A DNA stretch of 64,000 nucleotides, from sequence record OV696614, one strand, 5' to 3'. The DNA is from Escherichia phage Cyrano. Under the pieces are notes generated by a model, which did not search any database, had not been told where the DNA came from, and worked only from the letters and a program-made list of their open reading frames with translations. The position numbers and the translations under genes were made by a program. Shown one piece after another: positions 1 through 9,472 of the stretch (the first letter of the stretch is position 1; the number at the start of each line of letters is the position of its first letter).

Positions 1-866
1 ATATTGATTTAGGAGGATGTCCAATCAGCCGCTATCGCATCGTTCCTGAAGGCAACCAGCTCTTCGACAAATATATTGAAAAGCATCTTTCGTCAGGTGT
101 TTCGTCGACGCTGGCAAAAGACCTGGAGCGAGCAATAGCAAGCAGAAACAGAGTTCAGTTTATACCGGGCCAGCGTCGGGGGCGCATTCATGGTTCTAGT
201 ATCTACAGATTAGCAATGAATGATGATCGCGTGTTTCGTAAAAAAGAAGAATCTAAAGCCGTTAACGCCTGTGTTCAACAAGTGATTGATTTATCAGGTT
301 CAATGAGGGGTATAACGATACAATTGGCTCTTGCAAGTGCATATACCATCGCCGATGCCCTTGATCGAATAAATGTTCCCAACATTATCACCGGCTTCAC
401 TACATTTGGTAGTCATATGGCGGCAGGAGAACTTAAGGCTGTCAAGTATGAGTTCTCTCGCTTTGAATCTTTAATGCTACCTATCATCAAAAATTGGAAT
501 GAAAAGGTAAATTCTCGCGAAGTTCGCTCACGTATGGGGTGCGTAGGCTACACATTCCCACTTCTTAATAACGTGGATGGTGAAAGCATAGCCAGCCTTG
601 CATCGTTATTTTCCGGTCGCATGGAGGACAGGAAGATCATGCTTGTTCTGAGCGATGGCGAGCCGTGGGCTGTTGGGAGAGGTTTTGACGCTCATTTGCG
701 TTCGGTTGCGAAGCAAATTGAAACGCAGACTGACATTGATTTGATGGCAATTGGCATCATGACTGACGCACCGGAGAGATTTTACTCAAATCATGCCCTG
801 GTAACGAGCGTTGATAGTCTTGGTTCATCTGTAGTTACTGAACTATCTCGTATCATTTTAAAGTGA
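1..866 (+). CDS. vWA-domain protein, CobT-like, 5' end truncated by window edge
   Basis: Frame is open from the window start (no stop before listed ATG at 216). MIDAS-like DLSGSM motif and vWA-like MLVLSDGEPW. Immediately precedes an AAA+ ATPase, as in CobS/CobT or MoxR/vWA pairs. Confidence 0.6.
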   Translation, partial: IDLGGCPISRYRIVPEGNQLFDKYIEKHLSSGVSSTLAKDLERAIASRNRVQFIPGQRRGRIHGSSIYRLAMNDDRVFRKKEESKAVNACVQQVIDLSGSMRGITIQLALASAYTIADALDRINVPNIITGFTTFGSHMAAGELKAVKYEFSRFESLMLPIIKNWNEKVNSREVRSRMGCVGYTFPLLNNVDGESIASLASLFSGRMEDRKIMLVLSDGEPWAVGRGFDAHLRSVAKQIETQTDIDLMAIGIMTDAPERFYSNHALVTSVDSLGSSVVTELSRIILK

Positions 867-961
867 ACAAAACAGCCTTAACGATAAGTAACCACTTACG
901 ATAGATAATGATATATTTATATAAGAAGTTGAACGCTCATTAGAAAACAAAGGAAAAACGC

Positions 962-2197
962 ATGACTACTACTGCACTGCAAAATGAAAAAAATCCTTCT
1001 GATTACCTTGTTTGCAAGTGGTGCGGAAAATCATTTCACTATTTTAAGTCCCATGTAGCCAATGGTAATTGCGAGGGCATTCCTGAGTCAGTAAAAGATG
1101 CCGATCCTGACACCGTACTGAAAATGTACACAACACAGTTTCCAGATGAGCCAACGCTATCGAAAAAGGCACTTGATGCAATTCAAGCTAAACGTGCCGA
1201 GCAAAAAAGCGAAATGGCCAAATCATCTGGCGTGACCAGTAGCCCAGGCTACACAGGCACAGTTGAGTACAAGACAGATCTGGTCGCAGCTCACGAACTG
1301 CTAAATGTAACGGTGAAAGAACTCGGAACAAAACGTGGGACGCCGCTCATGGTTAGCGTCAACGTCAATACGCCGTTTCCAGAGTTCGTTCCAGAAGTGA
1401 AGAAGGGCTACGTATATGGCGACTTCGAACTGATCAAAGACATTTTCATGATGCTTGAACTTGGCATACCTGGCTATTTGTGGGGTCATGCAGGAACAGG
1501 CAAATCGTCATTGCCTACACAACTATGTGCTTTGCTCAATCGTCCGTTGATCCGTGCCCAACATACAGCATCAATGGAAGAGGCACATGTTACGGGGCAA
1601 ATTCTGGCGCGTGATGGCTCTACGTATTTCGAGCCTGGCTTGCTTGCGCTCGCAATGAAGCATGGCTGGGTTTACCTCGCGGATGAATACGACTTTGCGT
1701 TTCCACAGATTCTTGGCGTGTATCAGCCAGTGCTGGAAGGTGAAGCGTTGGTCATCAAAGAGGCGACTCCAGAATGGCGTCGCATTACTCCGCATGAACG
1801 GTTTGCTTTCATTGGCACTGGCAACACGAACGGATCTGGTGATGAAACCGGCTTGTACCAGGGTACAAACATCCAGAACGCCGCGAACTTTTCGCGTTTT
1901 GGCATCGTTTCGAATGTGAAATACATGAGCAAAGAGGCAGAGATCAACATGTTGATAAATGCCGGTATCGTGGATGAATACGCAGAAAAGATGGTTAAGT
2001 TTGCCGGTATCGTTCGCGATGGATACGAAGAACACCTTATCAGTCAGCCAATTGGCCCTCGTGAACTTTTGTTGTCGGCCAAGATTGGAATGATGCGAGG
2101 CGACTTTGTGACAGGTATTGAGCGTTCTTTCATTAACAAACTCCCTTCAGCTTCTGCACAAGCGGCTCGTGAAGTTGTTCAAAAAATATTTGGTTGA
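962..2197 (+). CDS. AAA+ ATPase, CobS/MoxR-like
   Basis: Walker A GHAGTGKSS and Walker B VYLADEYD; N-terminal Cys/His cluster (CKWCGKSFHYFKSH); paired with upstream vWA protein. Confidence 0.65.
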   Translation: MTTTALQNEKNPSDYLVCKWCGKSFHYFKSHVANGNCEGIPESVKDADPDTVLKMYTTQFPDEPTLSKKALDAIQAKRAEQKSEMAKSSGVTSSPGYTGTVEYKTDLVAAHELLNVTVKELGTKRGTPLMVSVNVNTPFPEFVPEVKKGYVYGDFELIKDIFMMLELGIPGYLWGHAGTGKSSLPTQLCALLNRPLIRAQHTASMEEAHVTGQILARDGSTYFEPGLLALAMKHGWVYLADEYDFAFPQILGVYQPVLEGEALVIKEATPEWRRITPHERFAFIGTGNTNGSGDETGLYQGTNIQNAANFSRFGIVSNVKYMSKEAEINMLINAGIVDEYAEKMVKFAGIVRDGYEEHLISQPIGPRELLLSAKIGMMRGDFVTGIERSFINKLPSASAQAAREVVQKIFG

Positions 2198-2403
2198 TCG
2201 TGCGTAAAGGATGTTTCGGCTCTCTTATCGCTGCTTCTGAAACTGGTAAGGCTTGTCTGGTATGTCCAGACAAGCCCGATTGTCACCAATCAGCAAAAGA
2301 AGTTGCGATTTCGATGTATGGGAAGTTCGTAGGCTTCCCCAATGACAAAATCAAAAAAACCATAAAGGTAAAAACACATGAAAGCACTGATGGTTCGAAC
2401 TGA
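2194..2403 (+). CDS. small Cys-rich ORF (hypothetical)
   Basis: 69-codon ORF with TTG/GTG start overlapping the upstream stop; four Cys in a C-x13-CxxC-x5-C pattern; overlaps start of the polymerase gene. Weak support. Confidence 0.2.
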   Translation: MIVRKGCFGSLIAASETGKACLVCPDKPDCHQSAKEVAISMYGKFVGFPNDKIKKTIKVKTHESTDGSN

Positions 2404-5400
2404 CTTCTCACTTGGGGAGTCGGCTCTAAAAGCAGAAAACGCGGTGAAGATTGCCAGAGAAGCTGGCTACACCGCTGTAATTTCAGCAGATAGCATGAAT
2501 ATTGCGAGTGTTATTCCACTACAACGTGCCGCTGGTGACGACATGGCGGTTATTTGTGGTGTGAAACTAAATATCGTTGATGATCCCACATACGAGCACC
2601 GGGCTAAACTTGCTAAAGAATCTATGAGATGTATGGAATCATTAGAGCGGGGACGTAACTACTCGTTTACCGCTCTAATTAAAAATGAGCAAGGATATCG
2701 CGACATCTGCGAACTAATGACGGCGGCCAACACACGAGAACAGTTCTACTTTGTACCGCGTCTCTCGCTCGAACAGTTGGTTTCTACATATGCCAAAGGC
2801 AACATCATCCTGCTTACTTCCGACATCGGTAGCGTGTTCCAACGCAACGATTTTGCAAAAATCATAAGCACACTGATTACAGCGGGTGGAAAAGACAACT
2901 TCTATAGTGTGGTTTATCCGCACCCTACCCCATTCTACGACCAGATTAACGTCCGGGCGATGAAAGTCGCCAGCGCATTGAAAATAGAGCCAGTGGCGTT
3001 CTATCCCGCTTATTACGAATCGATCGACGATGCAGACATTAAAGACATTGCGCACATGGTTACGAACAACATCAAAATCGACCAGCCGCATCGTCTGCGT
3101 ATCCCCCACCAGCGAGATAACGCCATCAATGGTCGTCGCCATCTCCTTGAGGCGCTTAAAGCCTTCTCCGTTCGCATGGATGTGCCGGTAACAGCTGCAA
3201 TGGCCTCAACAACGCAGGACTCCATTATCGATGCCTGCACATGGCGCTGGCATGAATTGCCACCAGCACTGCCCAAGATGGCAGACGACGAACCTGCAAC
3301 GCTGATGAAACTGGCTGTTGCAGGGCTGCGTAAACGTCTTACCACAAAAGAGTTTGGATACACACCACCTGCTTCTGAGAACAGGGTTTATGTTGAGCGG
3401 CTAAAGTACGAAATGGACACGCTGACTCGCCTGGGATTCTGTGGTTACTTCCTGATGGTACGCGATCTGATGAATCACAGCCGTGAAACTGGCATTCCTG
3501 TCGGGCCTGGTCGTGGTTCCTCTGCCGGTTCTCTGGTGGCGTGGTGCATAGGCATAACCAACGTCGACCCAATCCGTCACGGTCTTCTGTTTGAGCGTTT
3601 CATCAACCCTGAGCGTCTCGACTTGCCGGATGCGGACTTGGACTTCAGCCAGGCACGTCGCCATGAGGTGATCGAGTATCTGAATGAACGCTACGGCGAA
3701 GATTACGTTGCAGGCATTCCGAACTTCACCTATCTGGGCGCGGCATCTGCACTACGTGACACCGCTCGTATTTATGGTGTGGAGTCCGCAGATATGGCGG
3801 TATCAAAAGAACTGAAGAACGTCGAGGATGATAGCCTTCCATTGGAAGAGCTGCGCGAACAACTGGCAAGTCTCGACAAATACGCAACAAAATATCCTGA
3901 TGCATTCAATGCAGCCTGCAAGTTACAAAGCCTTATGCGTGGCTTTGGTAGACATGCGGCAGGGATGATCGTAGCAGGTGTTCCTCTGACAGAACGTACA
4001 CCGGTTGAGCGCCGTGGTGACGCGCGTTGTATCGCATTTGACAAGCGTTACTGCGAGGCTATGGGCCTAATTAAGCTGGACGTGCTTGGCCTGGCAACTC
4101 TCGATTTGCTCGATAGTGCAAAACGCTACATCAAAGAGAGTACCGGGGAAGACATCAATCTCGACGCTATCCCACTGGACGATCGCAAGGTTCTGGATGG
4201 GTTCGCTGCAGGGTACACGCAGGGCGTATTCCAGCTGGAGTCCGGCCCCATGCGTAAGTTGCTTAAAGATCTGGGCGGTGGCATCGAGCCAATGAGCTTC
4301 AAGACCGTTGTCGCCACGACCGCACTCTTCCGACCAGGCCCGATCCAATCCGGCATGTTGGACGACTATGTCTCCGTGGCCAAAGGCTTCATGGCTCCAC
4401 ATTCAATTCATCCGCGTCTTGAGGAAGTCACCCGGGAGACTAATGGTGTTTTGCTCTATCAGGAACAAATCATGCAAAGTTCCCGAGTACTTGCCGGGTT
4501 CTCTATGGCCGAAGCAGACGCTCTGCGTTCCGCTATCGGTAAAAAGAACATGGATAAGATGAAAGCGATCGGCAGCGATTTTGTAGAACGAGCACAAGCA
4601 GGCTGGGTGACACTGTCACTCAAAAATGGAGGTACTGTAGAGGTTCACAAACACGCAAAACTGGATTGCTCAGACGGTAAGCGTAGAAGCTACAGCGAGG
4701 CTATTAGTGACGGCATAGACTACGTGGAGATCGTCTCTGAACAAGAAGGTCTCAGTAAGGAAAAAGCCCAAGAAATATGGGACGCCTTTGAGAAGTTCGG
4801 TGGATATGCCTTCAACAAATCACACAGTGTTGCTTATTCTTTAATCAGTTATCAGTCTATGTGGCTAAAGACGCACTACCCTGCTGAGTTCTTCGCAGCT
4901 GCGCTCACCATTCTGGGCGAGGATAAGCATCAGGGGCTGGTGAAGGATGCGCTGACCTATGGCATTCGCGTATTGCCACCAGACGTTAATGTGTCATCTA
5001 ACCGAATTGAGATCCGCACACTCGAAGACGGCAGTCAGGCACTGTATGCGCCATTCTCTGCTGTGAAAGGCTGTTCTGAAAATGGTTGTCAGGCAATTAT
5101 GCGTGCGCGTGAGAAAGTTGGTGGCAAATTCGAGTCAGTGGCACAATTCGATGAAGCGGTCGAGAAGCGTGCATGTAACAGTCGTGTACGCGAGTCGCTT
5201 CATAAAGTAGGGGCTTTTGCGTCAATTGAGCCAGGCAGTCTGCCAGCAACTGATCCTGAACGACTGCGCGACCAGGCTGAGCTGATGGGCAATCTCATCA
5301 TTGACGCTGTTAAAGCATCACGTCCGTTCGAAATGAATCCTAAGCGTTCTGCCGAAATCAACGTACTCATGACACGTATGGCGGCTGAAATGGGCTTGGG

Positions 5401-5884
5401 TGAGGAGTTGATACGCCCGACTATTGGTATTAAACCCAAAATCATGATCATTCTGGACAATGCGAACGGCAATGACGCTCGTACCGGCTACTTCATGGAG
5501 AACGGATACGACGACTTTAAGGCAAAACTACTGACAGTTGGAGATCTGCGCATGGGCGATCTTTATGTCACGGGTGTTTGTAAGAAGGTTAAGGACAAAG
5601 AGAAAGACTATACCAAAGACGAGATAGGCCAGTTCACAGACTTTATGCGGGAAGAAATTAATCTTGTACGACCAACCTACATTTTGACGTGTGGTAGTCG
5701 TTCAACCGCACTATTTAACAATAAGAGTAAACCATCAGATCTGATTGGTCGTAAGGAGTACTTCCCAGAGCTTGATGCAACCGTCTTCTACGGATTTAAC
5801 CCGAATATCCTGTACTTCCGACCGGAAGAAGGAGAGCGACTGGAGGCCATTCTGGCTGATATCGCGGAGACAATAAATAAGTAA
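2378..5884 (+). CDS. dnaE: DNA polymerase III alpha-subunit-like replicative polymerase (DnaE family)
   Basis: 1168 aa. Conserved Pol IIIα palm region GFCGYFLMVRDL...GPGRGSSAGSLVAWCIGITNVDP...FERFINPER. N-terminal PHP-like region lacks the usual His residues. About 200 aa C-terminal extension of unclear fold. Confidence 0.85.
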   Translation: MKALMVRTDFSLGESALKAENAVKIAREAGYTAVISADSMNIASVIPLQRAAGDDMAVICGVKLNIVDDPTYEHRAKLAKESMRCMESLERGRNYSFTALIKNEQGYRDICELMTAANTREQFYFVPRLSLEQLVSTYAKGNIILLTSDIGSVFQRNDFAKIISTLITAGGKDNFYSVVYPHPTPFYDQINVRAMKVASALKIEPVAFYPAYYESIDDADIKDIAHMVTNNIKIDQPHRLRIPHQRDNAINGRRHLLEALKAFSVRMDVPVTAAMASTTQDSIIDACTWRWHELPPALPKMADDEPATLMKLAVAGLRKRLTTKEFGYTPPASENRVYVERLKYEMDTLTRLGFCGYFLMVRDLMNHSRETGIPVGPGRGSSAGSLVAWCIGITNVDPIRHGLLFERFINPERLDLPDADLDFSQARRHEVIEYLNERYGEDYVAGIPNFTYLGAASALRDTARIYGVESADMAVSKELKNVEDDSLPLEELREQLASLDKYATKYPDAFNAACKLQSLMRGFGRHAAGMIVAGVPLTERTPVERRGDARCIAFDKRYCEAMGLIKLDVLGLATLDLLDSAKRYIKESTGEDINLDAIPLDDRKVLDGFAAGYTQGVFQLESGPMRKLLKDLGGGIEPMSFKTVVATTALFRPGPIQSGMLDDYVSVAKGFMAPHSIHPRLEEVTRETNGVLLYQEQIMQSSRVLAGFSMAEADALRSAIGKKNMDKMKAIGSDFVERAQAGWVTLSLKNGGTVEVHKHAKLDCSDGKRRSYSEAISDGIDYVEIVSEQEGLSKEKAQEIWDAFEKFGGYAFNKSHSVAYSLISYQSMWLKTHYPAEFFAAALTILGEDKHQGLVKDALTYGIRVLPPDVNVSSNRIEIRTLEDGSQALYAPFSAVKGCSENGCQAIMRAREKVGGKFESVAQFDEAVEKRACNSRVRESLHKVGAFASIEPGSLPATDPERLRDQAELMGNLIIDAVKASRPFEMNPKRSAEINVLMTRMAAEMGLGEELIRPTIGIKPKIMIILDNANGNDARTGYFMENGYDDFKAKLLTVGDLRMGDLYVTGVCKKVKDKEKDYTKDEIGQFTDFMREEINLVRPTYILTCGSRSTALFNNKSKPSDLIGRKEYFPELDATVFYGFNPNILYFRPEEGERLEAILADIAETINK

Positions 5885-5890
5885 TAAAGA

Positions 5891-5913
5891 AAACCCGCCT
5901 GTTGGCGGGTTTA
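5891..5913 (+). terminator. rho-independent terminator after polymerase gene
   Basis: Hairpin AAACCCGCC-TGTT-GGCGGGTTT followed by T/A-rich tract. Confidence 0.6.
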
Positions 5914-6187
5914 TAAAGAATTATGGCGCTTGTTGAGGAAGTCACTCCTCTTACGCACTTTGTTTTGCCATGCCGGCAGTTAGCTTCTGCCTTTGACTAT
6001 TCATGCGGCAACCCCGCATTTCGCCACAATGGGCAATTCACTTTTATGGAATAAACTGGCCGTTGTGTCGATTTAATTAGCATGGCCTTACCATGCTAAT
6101 TTATTCAACTTGTACAATCCTACAAATCTATCCACTCAGGCTTACACCGTCTTCGTTATTGTAGAAATGAGGATCATCAGCGTTGAA

Positions 6188-6403
6188 TCAGCTTAGAGCA
6201 ACGACATTTGCTGCTGCTGGGCCTTTAGCACCATTCTCGATAGAGAATTCGACCTGCTGGCCTTCTTCCAAAGTGCGGAAATTATTACTCTGAATTGCCG
6301 AAAAATGTACAAAAACATCTTTACTGCCATCAGCAGGAGAAATAAAGCCAAAGCCTTTATCAGAGTTAAACCATTTTACTAAACCAGTCATTTTATTAGA
6401 CAT
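6188..6403 (-). CDS. cold-shock protein, CspA family
   Basis: 71 aa starting [21 protein letters not shown]...; RNP1/RNP2 motifs (KGFGFI, VFVHF); very similar to enterobacterial CspA-family proteins by recall. Long 5' leader typical of csp genes. Confidence 0.85.
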   Translation of the reverse strand: MSNKMTGLVKWFNSDKGFGFISPADGSKDVFVHFSAIQSNNFRTLEEGQQVEFSIENGAKGPAAANVVALS

Positions 6404-6732
6404 AGATATTACCTTCTTAATTTTGTGAGCCACATAGTGCGGCGAGAATTTGATCTGTATAGATTGGGACTTACTTAGGCACTTAAGGAGGAGACTCACG
6501 AAGAAGGGAAATCAGAAGATAACACTGAACTGAGACTGCTTTACTAAAACTGCTTACATAAGGTCTGTCTTGCAAACCAACGATGCTATTAACGCATACC
6601 CCTTCTTTTCATGCAACCTTTATTTTTCAAAGATAACTAATTTTTGTCACCATTGGTTTAGTAAACGTTAACGAACCAGACGATGCCAGACACCTTTACA
6701 GAGAACAGATGCCCGCCAATTGGCGGGCATCA

Positions 6733-7332
6733 TTATGCGCATTTCGCAATATCTTTGCGGCGTTTAATCAGTTTCTCCGCAATTTGCTCTATTTCGTTGA
6801 AATCTTTCGAGACGCTGTTTCGAAGCGCCAGATTCCATTTACTCAAAGTTCGGGCATTTTGGACAATTTGATCGCCCTCTTTAAGTCGTCCGTTATTCAT
6901 GAGCCATTCAGCCACATCAGCCCAATCCCAGAGAGGAGACTGGCCTTTTATGCGTTGTACAGGGCAAGGGAAGTCGCCGCTTCCGCGCTTACCGTCTTTG
7001 AGCAACGCCACTGCCTGGCGAGACAGGTCTGTCAGTTCCGCGATATCGCTTAAGCCCACAAGAGCCGAGTCGACGGATTCAACAATTGCACCGATACCGG
7101 CTGATTCAATATTGTCGACCGCAGATGCGATAGCTGCATCAAGTGATTGTGCTTCGCGGTCAAATTCTACATAGACGGAGTTTCCATATGCGCAAATTAG
7201 CGCATCGTCACAGCCGTTTTGGTACAGCGCGTCTTCCAGTCCTTCCGTCTCATACGATACGCCTGAGAGCGTCAGAGTGAAGTTATAAAGCGCCATAGTT
7301 TTCCTTTGAAGATAGTTGGACAGTTTCTGCAA
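6733..7332 (-). CDS. putative HicB-like antitoxin / DNA-binding protein
   Basis: Immediately downstream (same strand) of the HicA-like ORF; N-terminal region resembles the HicB fold and is followed by an HTH-like segment (DLSRQAVALLKDGKR). Assignment from motif resemblance only. Confidence 0.35.
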   Translation of the reverse strand: MQKLSNYLQRKTMALYNFTLTLSGVSYETEGLEDALYQNGCDDALICAYGNSVYVEFDREAQSLDAAIASAVDNIESAGIGAIVESVDSALVGLSDIAELTDLSRQAVALLKDGKRGSGDFPCPVQRIKGQSPLWDWADVAEWLMNNGRLKEGDQIVQNARTLSKWNLALRNSVSKDFNEIEQIAEKLIKRRKDIAKCA

Positions 7333-7356
7333 AAGGCGGCTAATGCCGCCTTGAAA

Positions 7357-7581
7357 TCATTTACAACGATCAACCATTCGTTTGATCTGTTTGGCATGGT
7401 TTTCGGGATTACCCGGAGTCGACCATACGCTCATTTGGTGAGTTTTGTGTTCACCTTCTGGATTACCGCATCGCAGTCTGCAAAAACAATGTGCAGCACC
7501 ACCAGCAGCTACCCAGATCCAGCCTTTACTTAATGCATAGTCAATGGCTGCTTGAATATGCTTATTCGGATGTTGCTTCAT
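7357..7581 (-). CDS. putative HicA-like mRNA interferase toxin
   Basis: 74 aa. LSKGWIWVAAGGAAHCFCRLRCG resembles the HicA core (L-x-x-G-x-x-V-x-x-G-x-x-H-x-x-x-R). Gene order toxin then antitoxin matches hicAB. Confidence 0.35.
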   Translation of the reverse strand: MKQHPNKHIQAAIDYALSKGWIWVAAGGAAHCFCRLRCGNPEGEHKTHQMSVWSTPGNPENHAKQIKRMVDRCK

Positions 7582-7598
7582 TCGCCTCAGATAATAGT

Positions 7599-7627
7599 AT
7601 TCTATTCACAGTGTTGACATCTGTCAA
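7599..7627 (-). promoter_or_regulatory. sigma70-like promoter with palindromic operator upstream of HicA-like gene
   Basis: On the minus strand: TTGACA, 17-nt spacer, TAGAAT, about 20 nt before the start codon. The -35 lies within the perfect inverted repeat TTGACA-TC-TGTCAA (7614-7627). Confidence 0.4.
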
Positions 7628-7834
7628 CGGCGACTGAATTTCATCCGTTCATGCCACACCCCATCCATCTCATGTATGTGACCTAAAGATGGTCAGCACA
7701 GCTTACCAAAATAAGACAACTAATTATCTTCGGTGATCTCAATATCTTCCCCTGAACAAAGTTGACATGACGCCATAAACCCGTTCTCTGTTTGATATAA
7801 TTGATACAGATTTTATAAGTAGGAACCTATTAGA

Positions 7835-8266
7835 GTGAACACTGATATTTTTTCTAAAATCATGGCCGATCTGGAGTTCGACCGCGACAACCTTGAGGAA
7901 GTATGGCGTAAACAGCCACGGCTTTTAATGGAGTATGGGTCAAAACTAGCGCAGGCAGATCGAGATGTCGCAGAGGCAAAACTTAACCTTGAAGCTGTTG
8001 AAGCAAAGCTATACGACACAGAGCGTAAGAACTTGAGTATGAACGGCATTAAGTTCAACGAGTCTGTACTGGACGCTAAGGTTAAAACAAACCCACAGTA
8101 TCTGTCTAAACGGCAGAAGTTGGATGAAGCACGGCACATCGCAGACATATACAAACATGCTGTCGCCGCCTTTTCGCATCGCCGAGACATGATCGTTCAG
8201 GCGTCAAAGATGGCCATCGTTGAATTAGAGCGATTAGGCTCTGAACGCTTTATTACTCCCCGTTGA
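7835..8266 (+). CDS. hypothetical protein (possible recombination mediator, helical)
   Basis: 143 aa, GTG start; lies directly upstream of the SSB and recombinase genes. No diagnostic motif. Confidence 0.4.
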   Translation: MNTDIFSKIMADLEFDRDNLEEVWRKQPRLLMEYGSKLAQADRDVAEAKLNLEAVEAKLYDTERKNLSMNGIKFNESVLDAKVKTNPQYLSKRQKLDEARHIADIYKHAVAAFSHRRDMIVQASKMAIVELERLGSERFITPR

Positions 8267-8383
8267 TTTTTGATAGATAATAAGTAAGTACTGATCTATC
8301 ATTTAACAGCTCGAAAGAGCCACGAATGAACGAAAGCCCAACGCGCATAGCGCCATCGGCCAAATCACAACAAGGAGAAACAC

Positions 8384-9412
8384 ATGTCTAAGACATTACT
8401 TGATTTGCTTAACAAAACTCGTGAAGACATTGCCGCCAAACGTGGCAACAACGTTGATCTGACTCGCTTAAAAGACGGCGTCAACTATATCCGCATCTTC
8501 CCGAATAAAGACGACCCAAACGGTAAGTTCTTCCAGACTTTCGGTATGCACTACGTTAAGTATCAGAACGAGGAAGGTAAAGAAGCAACCAACGCTTATA
8601 TTTGTGAGCAACATACTCACGGTCGCGCTTGTCAGCTATGCGAAATGGTGATGGAAGGTCGCGCTCGTCACAAGGGTAACAAAGCAATGGAAGAACGCAT
8701 CGGTCAAATGCGTGCCACTCCTCGCTACCTGGTCAACGGCATTCTTTCTGCTCGTGAGGATTTCGCAGATGCTGAGAAATGCCAGTTAATCGAGCTGCCG
8801 TCTACTGTATTCGATGATATCTGCAAAGCAATCACCGAAGACATCGCTGATGATATCGGCAATCCACTGAGCAAAGAGGAAGGCTACGCATTCCTGATTA
8901 AACGTACTGGCTCTGGTCGCGATACCAAATATGACGTCTCGCCTAAGCGTAAAGTCTACAAAGGCGATATCGAAGATAAATTCTGGAACACCCAGCATGA
9001 TCTGATCGCATACGCAAATCAGGCTGATGAAACTCGTCTTCTGTCGACAGTTCGCACTATGGGTCGTCTGATTGGCATCGCTGCACCAACTGCCGCAGCA
9101 TCTGCACCAGCAATTTCCTCAACCGCGAAAACATCGGCTGCGGCACTACCTGGATTTGGCTCTGTCACTGGTCATACAGAAGGAGCGACGGCTGTAGCAA
9201 CCGCGCACACACCGGCTTCTGAACCAACCAGTCTGGTTGATGAAGAAATCCTCCGTGCCGTTGAAACTGAATTTAAACCAGAGGCAAGTTCCGCTGCCGT
9301 TGCCGTATCAGTCAAAGAGTCTGAAGCAGTCGCAGCGACATCTGTAGCAACCGCATCTGCGACGGAAGATGAAGGTCTGGATGACCTACTGAGAGAGCTG
9401 GACTCTCTGTAA
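8384..9412 (+). CDS. single-stranded DNA-binding protein, T4 gp32-like
   Basis: IRIFPNKDDPNGKFFQ resembles the gp32 N-terminus; zinc-ligand pattern CEQHTH...CQLC; acidic C-terminal tail (DEGLDDLLRELDSL); RBS GGAG upstream. Confidence 0.8.
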   Translation: MSKTLLDLLNKTREDIAAKRGNNVDLTRLKDGVNYIRIFPNKDDPNGKFFQTFGMHYVKYQNEEGKEATNAYICEQHTHGRACQLCEMVMEGRARHKGNKAMEERIGQMRATPRYLVNGILSAREDFADAEKCQLIELPSTVFDDICKAITEDIADDIGNPLSKEEGYAFLIKRTGSGRDTKYDVSPKRKVYKGDIEDKFWNTQHDLIAYANQADETRLLSTVRTMGRLIGIAAPTAAASAPAISSTAKTSAAALPGFGSVTGHTEGATAVATAHTPASEPTSLVDEEILRAVETEFKPEASSAAVAVSVKESEAVAATSVATASATEDEGLDDLLRELDSL

Positions 9413-9430
9413 TCCCATTACGTGACCAGT

Positions 9431-9457
9431 AAGGCGTCTACGGACGCCTTACTTTTT
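9431..9457 (+). terminator. rho-independent terminator (AGGCGTC...GACGCCTT family)
   Basis: Hairpin AAGGCGTC-TACG-GACGCCTT followed by TTTTT; same stem sequence recurs at 13031 and 14170. Confidence 0.6.
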
Positions 9458-9472
9458 GGAAGGAATGTACCG

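Noticed and set aside
216-866. First ORF as a complete gene starting at ATG 216
   Set aside because: The reading frame is open back to the first base of the window, so the gene is most likely 5'-truncated by the window edge.
1301-5472. Numerous minus-strand ORFs inside the cobS-like and polymerase genes (for example 1571-2035, 2714-3142, 3013-3363)
   Set aside because: All are antisense to genes with strong motif support and show no motifs or start signals of their own.
5923-6048. 41-codon ORF between the polymerase terminator and the csp gene
   Set aside because: Weak RBS, no conservation signal visible, and the region is better explained as the 3' flank and terminator of the convergent csp gene.
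9422-9472. Upstream start (GTG 9422) for the 5'-3' exonuclease gene
   Set aside because: The extra codons would be translated through the terminator hairpin of the SSB gene; a GTG at 9473 with a GGAAGG RBS is more plausible.
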